Of a stretch of 64,000 bases of DNA, positions 40,713 through 50,146 are shown piece by piece. The notes under the pieces are model-generated. The model saw only the letters and a list, made by a program, of their open reading frames with translations. It was not told the DNA's origin and made no database searches. The position numbers were made by a program, and so were the translations under genes. The stretch comes from Gammaproteobacteria bacterium (GTDB lineage Bacteria > Pseudomonadota > Gammaproteobacteria > JAJPIJ01), in contig JAWLAN010000009.1 of NCBI GenBank assembly GCA_041395385.1, forward strand, positions 110,431 through 174,430. Direction: 5' to 3'. Positions within the stretch are counted from its first letter, which is position 1. Each line of letters begins with the position of its first letter.

Positions 40713-41861
40713 TCAGGCACTGGCGAGATACTCCGCGGCGCGCGCGAGGCTGTCCAGGCTGTGCGCGGAGCCGATGTAATCGAGCATCTCCCGCAACGCC
40801 GGCGGAAACTCCCCCGCCGCACTGATGCCCTCTCGCCCCAATAGCGGATTCAGCCACAGTATGCGGTGCGCGCGCTGCCGCAATGCCCGCACGGCCTCGA
40901 TCAGATCCTCCGGGGCATCGCTGTCCAGGCCGTCGCTCAGGACCACGACGACGGTGCGCCGGTCCACGTAACGGCCGGCGTACTGCCGGTTGAAGTGGGT
41001 CAGCGACTCGGCGATGCGCGTGCCGCCCAGCCACAGCTCGTTGCGGCCCTCCAGCCGCTTGCGCAGGGCGTCGGCATTCACCTCGCGGTACAGGCCGGTG
41101 ACGCGGAACAGCCGGGTGTGGAACACGAAGGCCTCCGCATCCGGAAAGACGCGCAGCAGCCCGCGGCCGAAGCGCGTGAGCAGCGGGCTGTAGCTCGCCA
41201 TGGAGTGCGAGACGTCCTGCAGCCAGATGAGCCGCGGCGGCTCGCGACGCCGCTCCATGAAACGCAGGTGCACCGGCAGCCCGCCGGTGGCGAGATTGCG
41301 GCGCATGGTCCGGCGCATGTGGATGTGCGTGCCGCGCGCCACCTCGCGCCGCCGGCGCGTCAGGCGCCGGCGTATGCGCAGCGCCAGCCGCTCGGCCAGC
41401 ACCTCGATCTCGCGCTGGTCGCGGCGATCGGTGAGAAAGCGGAAGTCGCTGCGCGAGAGGGTGTTCTGGCGGCTCGCCCCGGCGCCGATCTGATGGATCT
41501 CCGCCGAATAGACGTTGTCCGGATCCATGGCGTGCGCCAGGCCGGTCAGGCCGCCGCGCTGTTCCCGGCGGCGGGCGAGCAGGCGCGGGTCGATCGTCTC
41601 CGCCGCGCTCAGCTCGTTGGGCAGGGGCGCGCGCGCCGGGTACCAGTAGTTCTCGAACAGGGCATCGAAGCGATGCCACTGCGCGCTGTCGTGGCAGCTG
41701 AGCGCGCGCAGTCCGGTGCGCAGGAACTCGGCGTCGAGCGGTTCGCTCAGCCCCGCGGTGCGCAGCGCGTCCAGCGTCTCCTGCACGCCGATGCCGTAGC
41801 CCTCGCGCCGGAGCGCGCGCACGAAGCCGGCGATCCGCTCGGCGGGCGCGTCCGGACGCAT
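40713..41861 (-). CDS. VWA domain-containing protein (CoxE-like)
   Basis: 382 aa with a C-terminal von Willebrand A domain (VVVVLSDGLDSD). Immediately downstream of the MoxR ATPase (1-nt gap). Confidence 0.65.
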   Translation of the reverse strand: MRPDAPAERIAGFVRALRREGYGIGVQETLDALRTAGLSEPLDAEFLRTGLRALSCHDSAQWHRFDALFENYWYPARAPLPNELSAAETIDPRLLARRREQRGGLTGLAHAMDPDNVYSAEIHQIGAGASRQNTLSRSDFRFLTDRRDQREIEVLAERLALRIRRRLTRRRREVARGTHIHMRRTMRRNLATGGLPVHLRFMERRREPPRLIWLQDVSHSMASYSPLLTRFGRGLLRVFPDAEAFVFHTRLFRVTGLYREVNADALRKRLEGRNELWLGGTRIAESLTHFNRQYAGRYVDRRTVVVVLSDGLDSDAPEDLIEAVRALRQRAHRILWLNPLLGREGISAAGEFPPALREMLDYIGSAHSLDSLARAAEYLASA

Positions 41862-41862
41862 C

Positions 41863-42753
41863 TCAGCCGGCGGCCTTGAAGAGCAGGCCGCGCAGGGTGG
41901 CGCCGTCCAGCCGCTGGCGATCCTCCTGCGTCTTCATCAGGCATCCCAGCGTGTCGATGATGCGCTCGGCGTTCTCGGGCAGCGAGGGGATCTCCAGCGC
42001 CATCAGCGCCGCCGCCCAGTCGAGCGTCTCGGCCACGCCGGGGCGCTTGCGCAGGTCGAGCGCGCGCACGCCGTGCACGAACTTCACGACCTGGCGCGCG
42101 AGTTGCGCGTTGATCCCGGGCAGCCGGTTCTCGACGATGCGCAGCTCCTTCTCCACGCCCGGGTAGTCGAGGAAGTAGTACAGGCAGCGCCGTCGCAGCG
42201 CGTCGCTCAGCTCGCGGGTGCCGTTGGAGGTCAGCATCACGTGCGGGATCGAGCGTGCGCGGATGGTCCCGAGCTCCGGGATGCTCACCTGCCAGTCCGA
42301 GAGCAGCTCCAGCAGATAGGCCTCGAACTGCTCGTCGGCGCGATCGATCTCGTCGATGAGCAGCACCGGCGGCCTATCCTGCGTGATCGCCTTCAGCAGC
42401 GGGCGCGGCAGCAGAAAGCGCTCGCTGAAGATCTCCGCCTCGGTCTGCGCGAGGGGACGATCGGAGTGCTCCTGCAGCTTCATCGCCAGCAGTTGATGGG
42501 CATAGTTCCATTCATAGACGGCCTGGCCCACGTCCAGACCCTCGTAGCACTGCAGGCGGATCACCTGCGTGTCGTGCGCGGCCGCATAGGCCTGCGCCAG
42601 CGCCGTCTTGCCCACGCCGGCGTCGCCCTCGAGCAGCAGCGGGCGCTCGAGGCTTTCCATGAGCAGCAGCGTGGTGGCGAGCGGCCGGTCGGCGATGTAG
42701 CCGGCGCGGGCGAGGCGATCGCTCAGCGCAAGGATGTCCAGGTTCGTGGTCAT
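41863..42753 (-). CDS. MoxR-family AAA+ ATPase (CoxD-like)
   Basis: Walker A LLEGDAGVGKT, Walker B LLIDEIDRADE, sensor motifs; 296 aa. Confidence 0.8.
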   Translation of the reverse strand: MTTNLDILALSDRLARAGYIADRPLATTLLLMESLERPLLLEGDAGVGKTALAQAYAAAHDTQVIRLQCYEGLDVGQAVYEWNYAHQLLAMKLQEHSDRPLAQTEAEIFSERFLLPRPLLKAITQDRPPVLLIDEIDRADEQFEAYLLELLSDWQVSIPELGTIRARSIPHVMLTSNGTRELSDALRRRCLYYFLDYPGVEKELRIVENRLPGINAQLARQVVKFVHGVRALDLRKRPGVAETLDWAAALMALEIPSLPENAERIIDTLGCLMKTQEDRQRLDGATLRGLLFKAAG

Positions 42754-42754
42754 C

Positions 42755-43831
42755 TCAGCGGGCCTCGGCGCCGGCGGCGCGTTCGATGCGCGCGTGCAGC
42801 GCCTTGGTGCGATGGAAGGCGGCGATCGATTCGTGCACGAAGGTGAGCTTGCTGGTTATCTTCTCGGTGAGCACGAACGGATAGGCGTCGTGCTGGCCGA
42901 CGCTGCGGTTCATCTCGTTGAGCATGACGGTGAGCGAGGACCAGTCGGCGAGGCAGACCTGGAAGTCGTCCTCGCCGAGGGTCAGGTGCGTGAGCCCGAA
43001 GACGCCCGCGGTCTCCATGGCGTCGGCGATGTGCAGGTAATGCGCCCAGGTCTCGGCCCAGTCCTCCCAGGGGTGGGCGCGGGCGTAGGCGCTGATGTAG
43101 TCGCCGTGCCAGCGGCCCTTGTCGGCCTGTGCGTAATGCGCCTTCAGGGCGGCGGCGTAGTCGGCGCGCTCGTCGCCGAAGACGATGCGGAAGTTCTGCA
43201 GCCGGTTGGTCTCCTGCACCATCGGGCGCCAGTAGTAGTGACCGCTCTCGTGGCGGAAATGCCCGAGCAGCGTGCGGTAAGCCTCCACCATCTCGATGCG
43301 CGCGGACTCGCGCGCGGCCGGGTCGGCCTCCATCATGTTCACGGTGATGAGCCCGTTCAGGTGGCCGGTGCCGACGTATTCCTCATCGGCCCTGGGGTTG
43401 TAGCGCTTGTCGTCGCGGAAGGCGAAGGCCAGCCCCGATTCCGGATTCTGCAGCTTGCTGACGATGGGCAGCCGCAGCTCCAGCAGCGTGTACAGCATGC
43501 GGCGCTTGGCCGCCTCCATGTTCGTCCACCACAGCTGATAGCGCGGCTCCTCCAGGCTCGGCACCTCCTGGTTCAGGTTGCAGGCCAGGCAGTACTGCCC
43601 CGGGTCCTGCGCCGGCACCAGCCAGTTGCAGACGCTGTGGACGCGATAGTTGCGGCACAGGTGATAACCGCGCCGCGGGTCGCCGGCATCGCGGTAGGTG
43701 CGCCCCTCCTGCGGCTCGAGCGCGACCATGGCGCTGCGCGCCGGGTCGAAGCCCAGCTTGCGCTTGCAGCCCAGGCACTCGGTGTTCTCGAAGAACACCC
43801 GCCAGCCGCAGGTGCAGTAGTACGCCTTCAT
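42755..43831 (-). CDS. putative zinc-ribbon / HExxH zinc metallopeptidase family protein
   Basis: Start MKAYYCTCGWRVFFENTECLGCKRKLGF (zinc ribbon), then HESGHYYW (HExxH). Stop is 1 nt before the MoxR start. Confidence 0.55.
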   Translation of the reverse strand: MKAYYCTCGWRVFFENTECLGCKRKLGFDPARSAMVALEPQEGRTYRDAGDPRRGYHLCRNYRVHSVCNWLVPAQDPGQYCLACNLNQEVPSLEEPRYQLWWTNMEAAKRRMLYTLLELRLPIVSKLQNPESGLAFAFRDDKRYNPRADEEYVGTGHLNGLITVNMMEADPAARESARIEMVEAYRTLLGHFRHESGHYYWRPMVQETNRLQNFRIVFGDERADYAAALKAHYAQADKGRWHGDYISAYARAHPWEDWAETWAHYLHIADAMETAGVFGLTHLTLGEDDFQVCLADWSSLTVMLNEMNRSVGQHDAYPFVLTEKITSKLTFVHESIAAFHRTKALHARIERAAGAEAR

Positions 43832-44133
43832 TCGGGGTCGAGTCTCGCTTTTCGCCTTGGCAACCCCACGGCCGCCGAGGGGACGGCGCCGGGTCCGACG
43901 CACGATAACACAGCCGGGCGGCCCCGCCGTTTCGCCCCGGCTGGTCGATGCAGGTCGCTACAGGTTGCACCGCACCATGGGGCGCGGACCGGCCGGTTCC
44001 GGCCACGGCGACTCCGCCGGCCCGGGCCCTCGCCCATCGGCGGCGTGGCGGCGGCCCCGCGCCCCGACACGCACCGGTCACATTCCGGACCTATCGTCTG
44101 CGGCCATTCGCAACACTGCTCGCAAGGGTGGCC

Positions 44134-45336
44134 ATGCCCGTCAGACAGAAAGCCTCGTTCGCCGACCGGCTCGATCAGCGCATCTTCAACGCGATCTACG
44201 CCCGCAGCCTCGTCTACAACACCTGCTGGGAGGACCCGGCCGTGGACCGCCGGGCGCTGGCGCTCACGCCCGAGGACACCATGCTGGTCATCACCAGCGC
44301 CGGCTGCAACGTGCTCGATTACGCGCTGACGGGCGTTAAGCGGATCCACGCCGTGGACGCCAATCCGCGCCAGACGGCGCTGCTCGAGCTGAAGCTCGCC
44401 GGCATCCGGCGCCTGGATTTCGAGGACTTCTTCCAGCTCTTCGGACGCGGCCACCATCCGCGCGCCGAGGCGCTCTACCACTTCGCGCTGCGCCGCGAGC
44501 TGAGCGGCTTCGCGCGCGCGTGGTGGGATCGGCGCATCGTCTGGTTCGCGCGCCGCGACAACAGCTTCTACTACCACGGCCTCGCCGGGGTGGTGGCGCG
44601 CGGCTTCCGGCGCTTCCTCAAGCTGCGGCCGCGGCTGGCCGCCGAGGTGCACGCGCTGTTCGAGGCCGACACCGTGCAGGCGCAGCGGCGCATCTACGAC
44701 GAGCGCATCGAGCCGGAGATGTGGGGGCCGCTGATGAACTGGCTGCTGTCGCGCCAGCTCACCATGAGCCTGCTCGGCGTTCCGTACCCGCAGCGCAGGC
44801 TGGTGCAGGCCCAGCACGAGCGGGGCGTGGCGGGCTTCATCCGCGAGAGCATCGAATACGTGATGCGCGAGCTGCCGCTGCGCGAGAACTATTTCTGGCG
44901 CGTGTACATACACGGCCGGTACACGCGCGAGTGCTGCCCGGAGTACCTGAAGCCGAGGAACTTCACGGCGCTGAAGGAGGGCATGGCCGAGTGCGTCAAT
45001 CCGAACACGTGCACAGTGACGGAGTTCCTGCACCTGAACCGTGATCGACTCAGCAAGCTCGTGCTGCTGGACCACATGGACTGGATGAGCACCTATTACC
45101 CGGAGGCGCTGGCGGAGGAATGGCACGCCATCCTGGCGCGCGCAGCCCCCGGCGCGCGCGTCATCTTCCGCAGCGCGCACGTCGATCCCGGCTACCTCGA
45201 CGGCGTCAGGGTCGGCAGCCACCGGCGACCGCTGCGCGAGGTGCTGTCGCTCGAGGAGGCCGAGGCCCGCACCCTCACCGCCCGCGATCGCGTGCACACC
45301 TACGCCGGCTTTTTCATCGGCGACATCCGCCCGTGA
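44134..45336 (+). CDS. btaA: BtaA-like S-adenosylmethionine:diacylglycerol 3-amino-3-carboxypropyltransferase (DUF3419)
   Basis: MPVRQKASFADRLDQRIFNAIYARSLVYNTCWEDPAVDRRAL... matches the BtaA/DUF3419 family. About 400 aa. Confidence 0.7.
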   Translation: MPVRQKASFADRLDQRIFNAIYARSLVYNTCWEDPAVDRRALALTPEDTMLVITSAGCNVLDYALTGVKRIHAVDANPRQTALLELKLAGIRRLDFEDFFQLFGRGHHPRAEALYHFALRRELSGFARAWWDRRIVWFARRDNSFYYHGLAGVVARGFRRFLKLRPRLAAEVHALFEADTVQAQRRIYDERIEPEMWGPLMNWLLSRQLTMSLLGVPYPQRRLVQAQHERGVAGFIRESIEYVMRELPLRENYFWRVYIHGRYTRECCPEYLKPRNFTALKEGMAECVNPNTCTVTEFLHLNRDRLSKLVLLDHMDWMSTYYPEALAEEWHAILARAAPGARVIFRSAHVDPGYLDGVRVGSHRRPLREVLSLEEAEARTLTARDRVHTYAGFFIGDIRP

Positions 45337-46037
45337 ATCACTCGCCGGGCGCCGAGACGCGGACCCTGCTCGCCATGCTGCGCGGGCAGCCGCGCGCGGG
45401 CTCTCATGCCGAACGGCTGCAGGCCTTCTACGCGCCGCAGGCCGCGCACTACGACCGCTTCCGCGAACGGCTGCTGCAGGGACGCGACGGGCTCCTGCAG
45501 CGGCTGCCGCTCGCGCCCGGCGCCACGCTGATCGACCTGGGCGGCGGCACCGGCCGCAACATCGAGTTCCTGGCCGCGCGCGTGCCGGCGCTGGCCCGTG
45601 TCGAACTGGTCGACCTCTGCCCGGCGCTGCTGGCGCAGGCGCGGCAGCGCTGCGGGCGCTGGCCCAACGTGCACCTCGTCGAGGCCGACGTCACGCACTA
45701 CCGGCCGGCGCAGGCGGCCGACGTGGTGCTCATGTCGTACGCGCTGACGATGGTCCCGGATTGGCGCCCGGCACTGCACAATGCGGTTGCGATGTTGCGG
45801 CCGGGCGGCACGCTGGGGGTCGTCGACTTCTGCCTCAGCGAGTCGCAGCCGCGCTGGCTCGGCGCCTTCTGGCGGCGCTGGTTCGCGCACGACGGCGTGC
45901 GCGTCTCGCGCGAGCACGCCGCGGTCCTGCGCGCCCTGTTGCCCGCGCACGAGTACGCCGAGCATCGCGCGCCGGTGCCGTACCTGCCGCTGCTGCAGGT
46001 GCCTTACTACCACTTTCTCGGCGCGAAGCCTCGCTGA
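45333..46037 (+). CDS. btaB: BtaB-like SAM-dependent N-methyltransferase
   Basis: Class I SAM-MTase motif (LIDLGGGTGRN). GTG start overlaps the btaA stop (GTGA); alternative ATG at 45375. Confidence 0.65.
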   Translation: MNHSPGAETRTLLAMLRGQPRAGSHAERLQAFYAPQAAHYDRFRERLLQGRDGLLQRLPLAPGATLIDLGGGTGRNIEFLAARVPALARVELVDLCPALLAQARQRCGRWPNVHLVEADVTHYRPAQAADVVLMSYALTMVPDWRPALHNAVAMLRPGGTLGVVDFCLSESQPRWLGAFWRRWFAHDGVRVSREHAAVLRALLPAHEYAEHRAPVPYLPLLQVPYYHFLGAKPR

Positions 46038-46168
46038 CCGGCGGCGGGTATCGGCCACCGCCACGGTGGTCGACCGTGCGCGCGCCGGCGGCGGCGGGAC
46101 GCCAGAGGCCGCGGCCGGCCGCAGTGCGGATCGGGTATCCTAGCGGTCCAGCTCGCGACCGATTGCGC

Positions 46169-47575
46169 ATGCCCATACCGGAATCCGCCACTCCGCAGGA
46201 GCGCGCTACGCTGATCATGGTTTGGCTCAGCGCCTTCAGCACGCCGCTCATGCTCTCGGCGGTCAACGTCGCTCTGCCCTCCATCGCCCGCGCCGTGCAC
46301 CTGAACGCCGTCGTCCTGAGCTGGGTGCCCCTCGTCTACCTGCTCGCGAGCGCGATGTTCGTGCTGGTGTTCGGCAAGCTCGCCGACCTGCACGGCCGCA
46401 AGCGCGTCTTTCTCATCGGCAGCGCCGGGGTGATGGTGAGCTCGGTACTCGCCGCGCTCGCCGCCGACGGCGCGCAGCTGCTCGCGTTCCGGTTTCTCCA
46501 GGGCGTGTTCACCGCCGCGCTCTACGCCACGCAGATCGCCATCGTCTCGGCCGCCTTCCCGCCGTCCCGGCGCGGGCACGCGATCGGGCTGACGATCTCC
46601 AGCGTCTATGTCGGCCTGACCGCCGGTCCGGCCATCGGCGGCTATCTGCTGGAGGTCTTCGACTGGCGCGCCTGTCTGCTGGTGCAGGTGCCGTTTTCGA
46701 TCGCGATCCTGTGGCTCGGCCTCGCGCGCGTGGGCGCCGAGTCGGGCGGCGAGGGACACGGCAGCTTCGATTTCGCCGGCGCCGCCCTCTACATGCTCAC
46801 CCTCGCGGCCGTGATCGGCGGCAGCTCGCTCCTGCCGGCTACCGTTGGGTGGGCGCTGAGCGCGGTCGGCATCGTCGCGCTGGTACTGTTCGTCGTCGTC
46901 GAGCGGCGGCACGTGCATCCGATCTTCGATCTGAAGCTCTTCTTCACCAACCGCGTGTTCGGCATGTCGTGCCTGGCCGCGTTCCTCATGTACACGGCCA
47001 CCTTCGCCAACGTCGTGCTGGTCGGTCTGTATCTGCAGTACCTGCACGCGCTGCCACCGGGCAAGGCCGGGCTGGTGATGATGGCGCAGCCGCTGACGAT
47101 GGCGCTGTTCGCGCCGGTCGCGGGCCGCCTCTCGGATCGCTTCGAGCCGCGCTGGCTCGCTTCCGCCGGCATGGTGGTGACGTCGGCCGGGCTGCTGGCG
47201 CTGGGGGCGCTGCGGCCCGACAGCAGCATCCCGCACGTGGCCGGCGCCCTGGTCGCCACCGGCATCGGCTTCGGCCTGTTCTCGGCGCCGAACACGCACG
47301 CCATCATGAGCGCGGTGGACAAGCGCTACTACGGCACCGCCAACAGCAAGGTGGCGACGATGCGGCTGCTCGGCCAGATGTGCAGCATGGGCATCATCGC
47401 CGTGGTGTTCGCGCTCTTGCTCGGGCCGGTGACTATCGCGCCGGAGATCTACGATCGGCTGCAGGCGGCGCTGAGCGCGTGCTATTTCACCGCGGCGGCG
47501 CTCTGCATCCCGGCAATCTTCCTGTCGCTGGGGCGGGGCACCGTGCATGCCGGCGAGTCCCGCCATTCCGCGTGA
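46169..47575 (+). CDS. MFS transporter (DHA2/EmrB-like, 14 TM)
   Basis: MPIPESATPQERATLIMVWLSAF..., an MFS signature (GKLADLHGRKRVFLIG) and about 468 aa. Confidence 0.75.
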   Translation: MPIPESATPQERATLIMVWLSAFSTPLMLSAVNVALPSIARAVHLNAVVLSWVPLVYLLASAMFVLVFGKLADLHGRKRVFLIGSAGVMVSSVLAALAADGAQLLAFRFLQGVFTAALYATQIAIVSAAFPPSRRGHAIGLTISSVYVGLTAGPAIGGYLLEVFDWRACLLVQVPFSIAILWLGLARVGAESGGEGHGSFDFAGAALYMLTLAAVIGGSSLLPATVGWALSAVGIVALVLFVVVERRHVHPIFDLKLFFTNRVFGMSCLAAFLMYTATFANVVLVGLYLQYLHALPPGKAGLVMMAQPLTMALFAPVAGRLSDRFEPRWLASAGMVVTSAGLLALGALRPDSSIPHVAGALVATGIGFGLFSAPNTHAIMSAVDKRYYGTANSKVATMRLLGQMCSMGIIAVVFALLLGPVTIAPEIYDRLQAALSACYFTAAALCIPAIFLSLGRGTVHAGESRHSA

Positions 47576-47597
47576 CTCGCTGCGGTAGACTGGGCCG

Positions 47598-48845
47598 ATG
47601 GAATTCACCGCCTCGCATTACCTGTCCCTCGCGGTCGCCCTGGGCATAGGGCTGCTCATCGGCGCCGAGCGCGAGCGGCGCAAAGGCAAAGGGCCCTCGC
47701 GCGGCCCGGCGGGCATACGCACGTTCGCGATCACCGCTCTGCTCGGCGCACTCAGCCTGCAGCTCGGCGGCGAGATCATGCTCGCGGTCGCGACCGCCGG
47801 CGTCATGGTGCTGACGGCGCTCGCCTACTTCCGCAGCAGCGCGGAGGACCCGGGTCTGACGACGGAGATCGCCCTCGTGATCACGGTGCTGCTGGGCGGC
47901 TGGGCCGTGCGGGAGCCGGTGGTCGCGGCAGGCGCGGGCGTGGTCGTTGCCATCCTGCTGTCGGCGCGTGAGGAGATCCACCGCTTCGTGCGCGACGTCC
48001 TCACCGAGGGCGAGATGCGCGATGCGCTCATACTGCTGGCGGCGACGCTCGTCATCCTTCCGCTGGTGCCCGATCGCTATCTGGGACCGTACGATGCGCT
48101 CAACCCGCGCACCATCTGGGTCATCATGATCCTGATCATGACCATCAGCGCTGCCGGGCACGTCGCGGTGCGCGCCTTCGGCCCGCGCTATGGTCTGCCG
48201 ATGGCGGGGTTCTTCGGAGGCTTCGTGTCCAGCGCCGCGACCATCGGTGCGATGGGCGGGCGCGCATTGAAGCAGCCCGAAACGATGCGGCCGGCCGTTG
48301 CGGGCGCGGTGCTGTCGACCGTCGCGACGGTGCTGCAGATGGCCGCCGTGCTGGCGGCCACCAACCCGGCCAGCTTGCGGTTGATGACGACGGCGCTCGT
48401 CCTCGCCGGTATCGCGGCGCTGGGTTATGGCGCGTTGTTCACGATCCGCGCGATGTCGCCGGTGACGAAGCAGGACGCCCCTCCCGGGCGCGCGTTCAAT
48501 CTCGGGACGGCCGCGGTCTTCGCGCTGATGTTTTCGGTGGTGCTCATTGCGGCGGCGGCGCTGAGGGAACACATGGGGCAGACCGGCGTCGTCGTCGCGG
48601 CAGCCGCTGCCGGCTTCGTCGACACCCACTCGGCGGCCGCATCGATCGCCTCCCTGGTGGCCGCCGGCAAACTGGCGGCGGCCGATGCCGTGCTGCCGAT
48701 CCTCGCGGCATTCACGACCAATACCCTCACCAAGATGGGTTTCGCGCTAGTCAGCGGCGGCATGCGCTTCGCCATGCAGATTGTCCCCGGTCTCATCCTC
48801 GTCAATGCGGCCGCGTGGCTGGGCAGCGGTTTGGTCGAGTTCTGA
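47598..48845 (+). CDS. MgtC/SapB family + DUF4010 membrane protein
   Basis: 415 aa polytopic membrane protein with the N-terminal MgtC-like region (LAVALGIGLLIGAERERRK). Confidence 0.65.
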   Translation: MEFTASHYLSLAVALGIGLLIGAERERRKGKGPSRGPAGIRTFAITALLGALSLQLGGEIMLAVATAGVMVLTALAYFRSSAEDPGLTTEIALVITVLLGGWAVREPVVAAGAGVVVAILLSAREEIHRFVRDVLTEGEMRDALILLAATLVILPLVPDRYLGPYDALNPRTIWVIMILIMTISAAGHVAVRAFGPRYGLPMAGFFGGFVSSAATIGAMGGRALKQPETMRPAVAGAVLSTVATVLQMAAVLAATNPASLRLMTTALVLAGIAALGYGALFTIRAMSPVTKQDAPPGRAFNLGTAAVFALMFSVVLIAAAALREHMGQTGVVVAAAAAGFVDTHSAAASIASLVAAGKLAAADAVLPILAAFTTNTLTKMGFALVSGGMRFAMQIVPGLILVNAAAWLGSGLVEF

Positions 48846-49097
48846 TCCGCCGCCGCTCGGCCGTCGCTACGCGATCGCGAGATAGAGCGCGATGCCGAGC
48901 GCGCTGGAGGCTCAGTGCGAGTGCGGCTGCATCGCCGCCGTGCCGGTGGAGGAGGACAGCAGCGCCAGGACCGACCCGAATCGCGCCACGACGAAACCGG
49001 GCGCCATGACCGTGAGCCCGGAGCGCACCCAGGCGGGCAGCGTGCGCTCGGCGGCAAAGAAGACGCGCGGGTAAGTGGTCGTCATCACTTCAGGCCG

Positions 49098-49574
49098 TCA
49101 CGCGGGTGCCGGCCGCGCCTCGCGGCCCGGCGCATCGTCCGCGGCCAGCGCCTTGTACATGAATGTCGAGGACGCGGGGCACAGGCCGGAGAACTGCGCC
49201 GTTCCCGCGATGGCCGCCGGAGCGGAGGCACGAGTCGCGACCTCGTAGCCCAGCCGGGCAAAGAAGCCGGCGGCCGTGGTGGTCAGCAGGTACGCGCCGC
49301 GGACACCATGTTGCGCGGCCCAGCGCTCGACATGATCGACCAGCCGTCTGCCGAGTCCGATCCCGCGTGCGCCGTCGGCGACGGCCAGCGATCGGAGCAA
49401 CGCCACCGACCCATACCGCTCTATTCCGATCACGCCTGCCAGCGAGCCGTCACAACGGGCTGCGAAGAAAACCGCCGTCGAGCCGCCGCGCAGATCTGAG
49501 ACGGGCAGGCCGCTGTCCGCGAGCACGGCCTCGACCTCGGTGGAACAGGGGATCGGCCCGATGTCGTTGCTCAT
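49098..49574 (-). CDS. GNAT family N-acetyltransferase (ArsN2/ArgA-like)
   Basis: Start at MSNDIG within track ORF 49098..49724. Acetyl-CoA binding motif (RGIGLGRRLVDHVERWAAQHG). Confidence 0.65.
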   Translation of the reverse strand: MSNDIGPIPCSTEVEAVLADSGLPVSDLRGGSTAVFFAARCDGSLAGVIGIERYGSVALLRSLAVADGARGIGLGRRLVDHVERWAAQHGVRGAYLLTTTAAGFFARLGYEVATRASAPAAIAGTAQFSGLCPASSTFMYKALAADDAPGREARPAPA

Positions 49575-49587
49575 GTTCCACGGACGA

Positions 49588-50031
49588 TCACGCCAGGCCG
49601 CCGAAGCGGACGCCGACGCCGACCACCAGGAAGGCCACCGCGATGATCGTGACCGCGACGATGTGCATGGCGAGCACGGGCAGCGTGCGGGCATCGAGGC
49701 GCGGGATGACGCGCAGCCGCGCATTGAGGGCGAGCAGCACGGTCGCGGCCAGCAGGCCGAGCTTGGTCAGTATCAGCCAGCCCTGCGCGACGTTCGGCGC
49801 GAACCACGCGGATACGTCTGGCACCCAGTGGTGCGCGAGCCACAGGCCGGTCAGGACCTGGATGAGGAGCGCCGGCATGCCGACGCGCTCGTAGGCACCC
49901 TCGAAGTTCAACACCAGCGAGGGATCGCGCGTCCGCAGCGCGCGCGGCAGGATGGACAGTGCCAGCACGAGGTGCCCGCCGACCCATACCGCGGCGCCGA
50001 GCAGATGCAGAACGATAATGGTTCGGTACAT
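49588..50031 (-). CDS. CopD-family-like small membrane protein (4 TM)
   Basis: 147 aa hydrophobic ORF, MYRTIIVLHLLGAAVWVGGHLVLALSILP.... Confidence 0.5.
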   Translation of the reverse strand: MYRTIIVLHLLGAAVWVGGHLVLALSILPRALRTRDPSLVLNFEGAYERVGMPALLIQVLTGLWLAHHWVPDVSAWFAPNVAQGWLILTKLGLLAATVLLALNARLRVIPRLDARTLPVLAMHIVAVTIIAVAFLVVGVGVRFGGLA

Positions 50032-50146
50032 CGTCAGACCCGCTCCCGCCCGTTGCGATGGCGAGAGTCTGCCACGAACGCTGCCTGCCGTCTCCCCGTC
50101 GCGGGCGATCCTGCCGCCGCGCGCCTTTCACATACCTGCAGGGGCG

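Noticed and set aside
43832-44133. Searched the btaA upstream region for a Pho box
   Set aside because: Only a weak ttcgcaa/ctcgcaa direct repeat with 12-nt periodicity was found, with no match to the CTGTCAT-N4-CTGTCAT consensus. Not reportable as a site.
45300-46064. 254-aa - strand ORF antisense to btaB
   Set aside because: Arg-rich shadow. The sense strand shows a clean SAM-MTase motif and overlap-coupled start with btaA.
46007-47608. 533-aa - strand ORF antisense to the MFS transporter
   Set aside because: Shadow ORF; the + strand encodes a 14-TM MFS protein.
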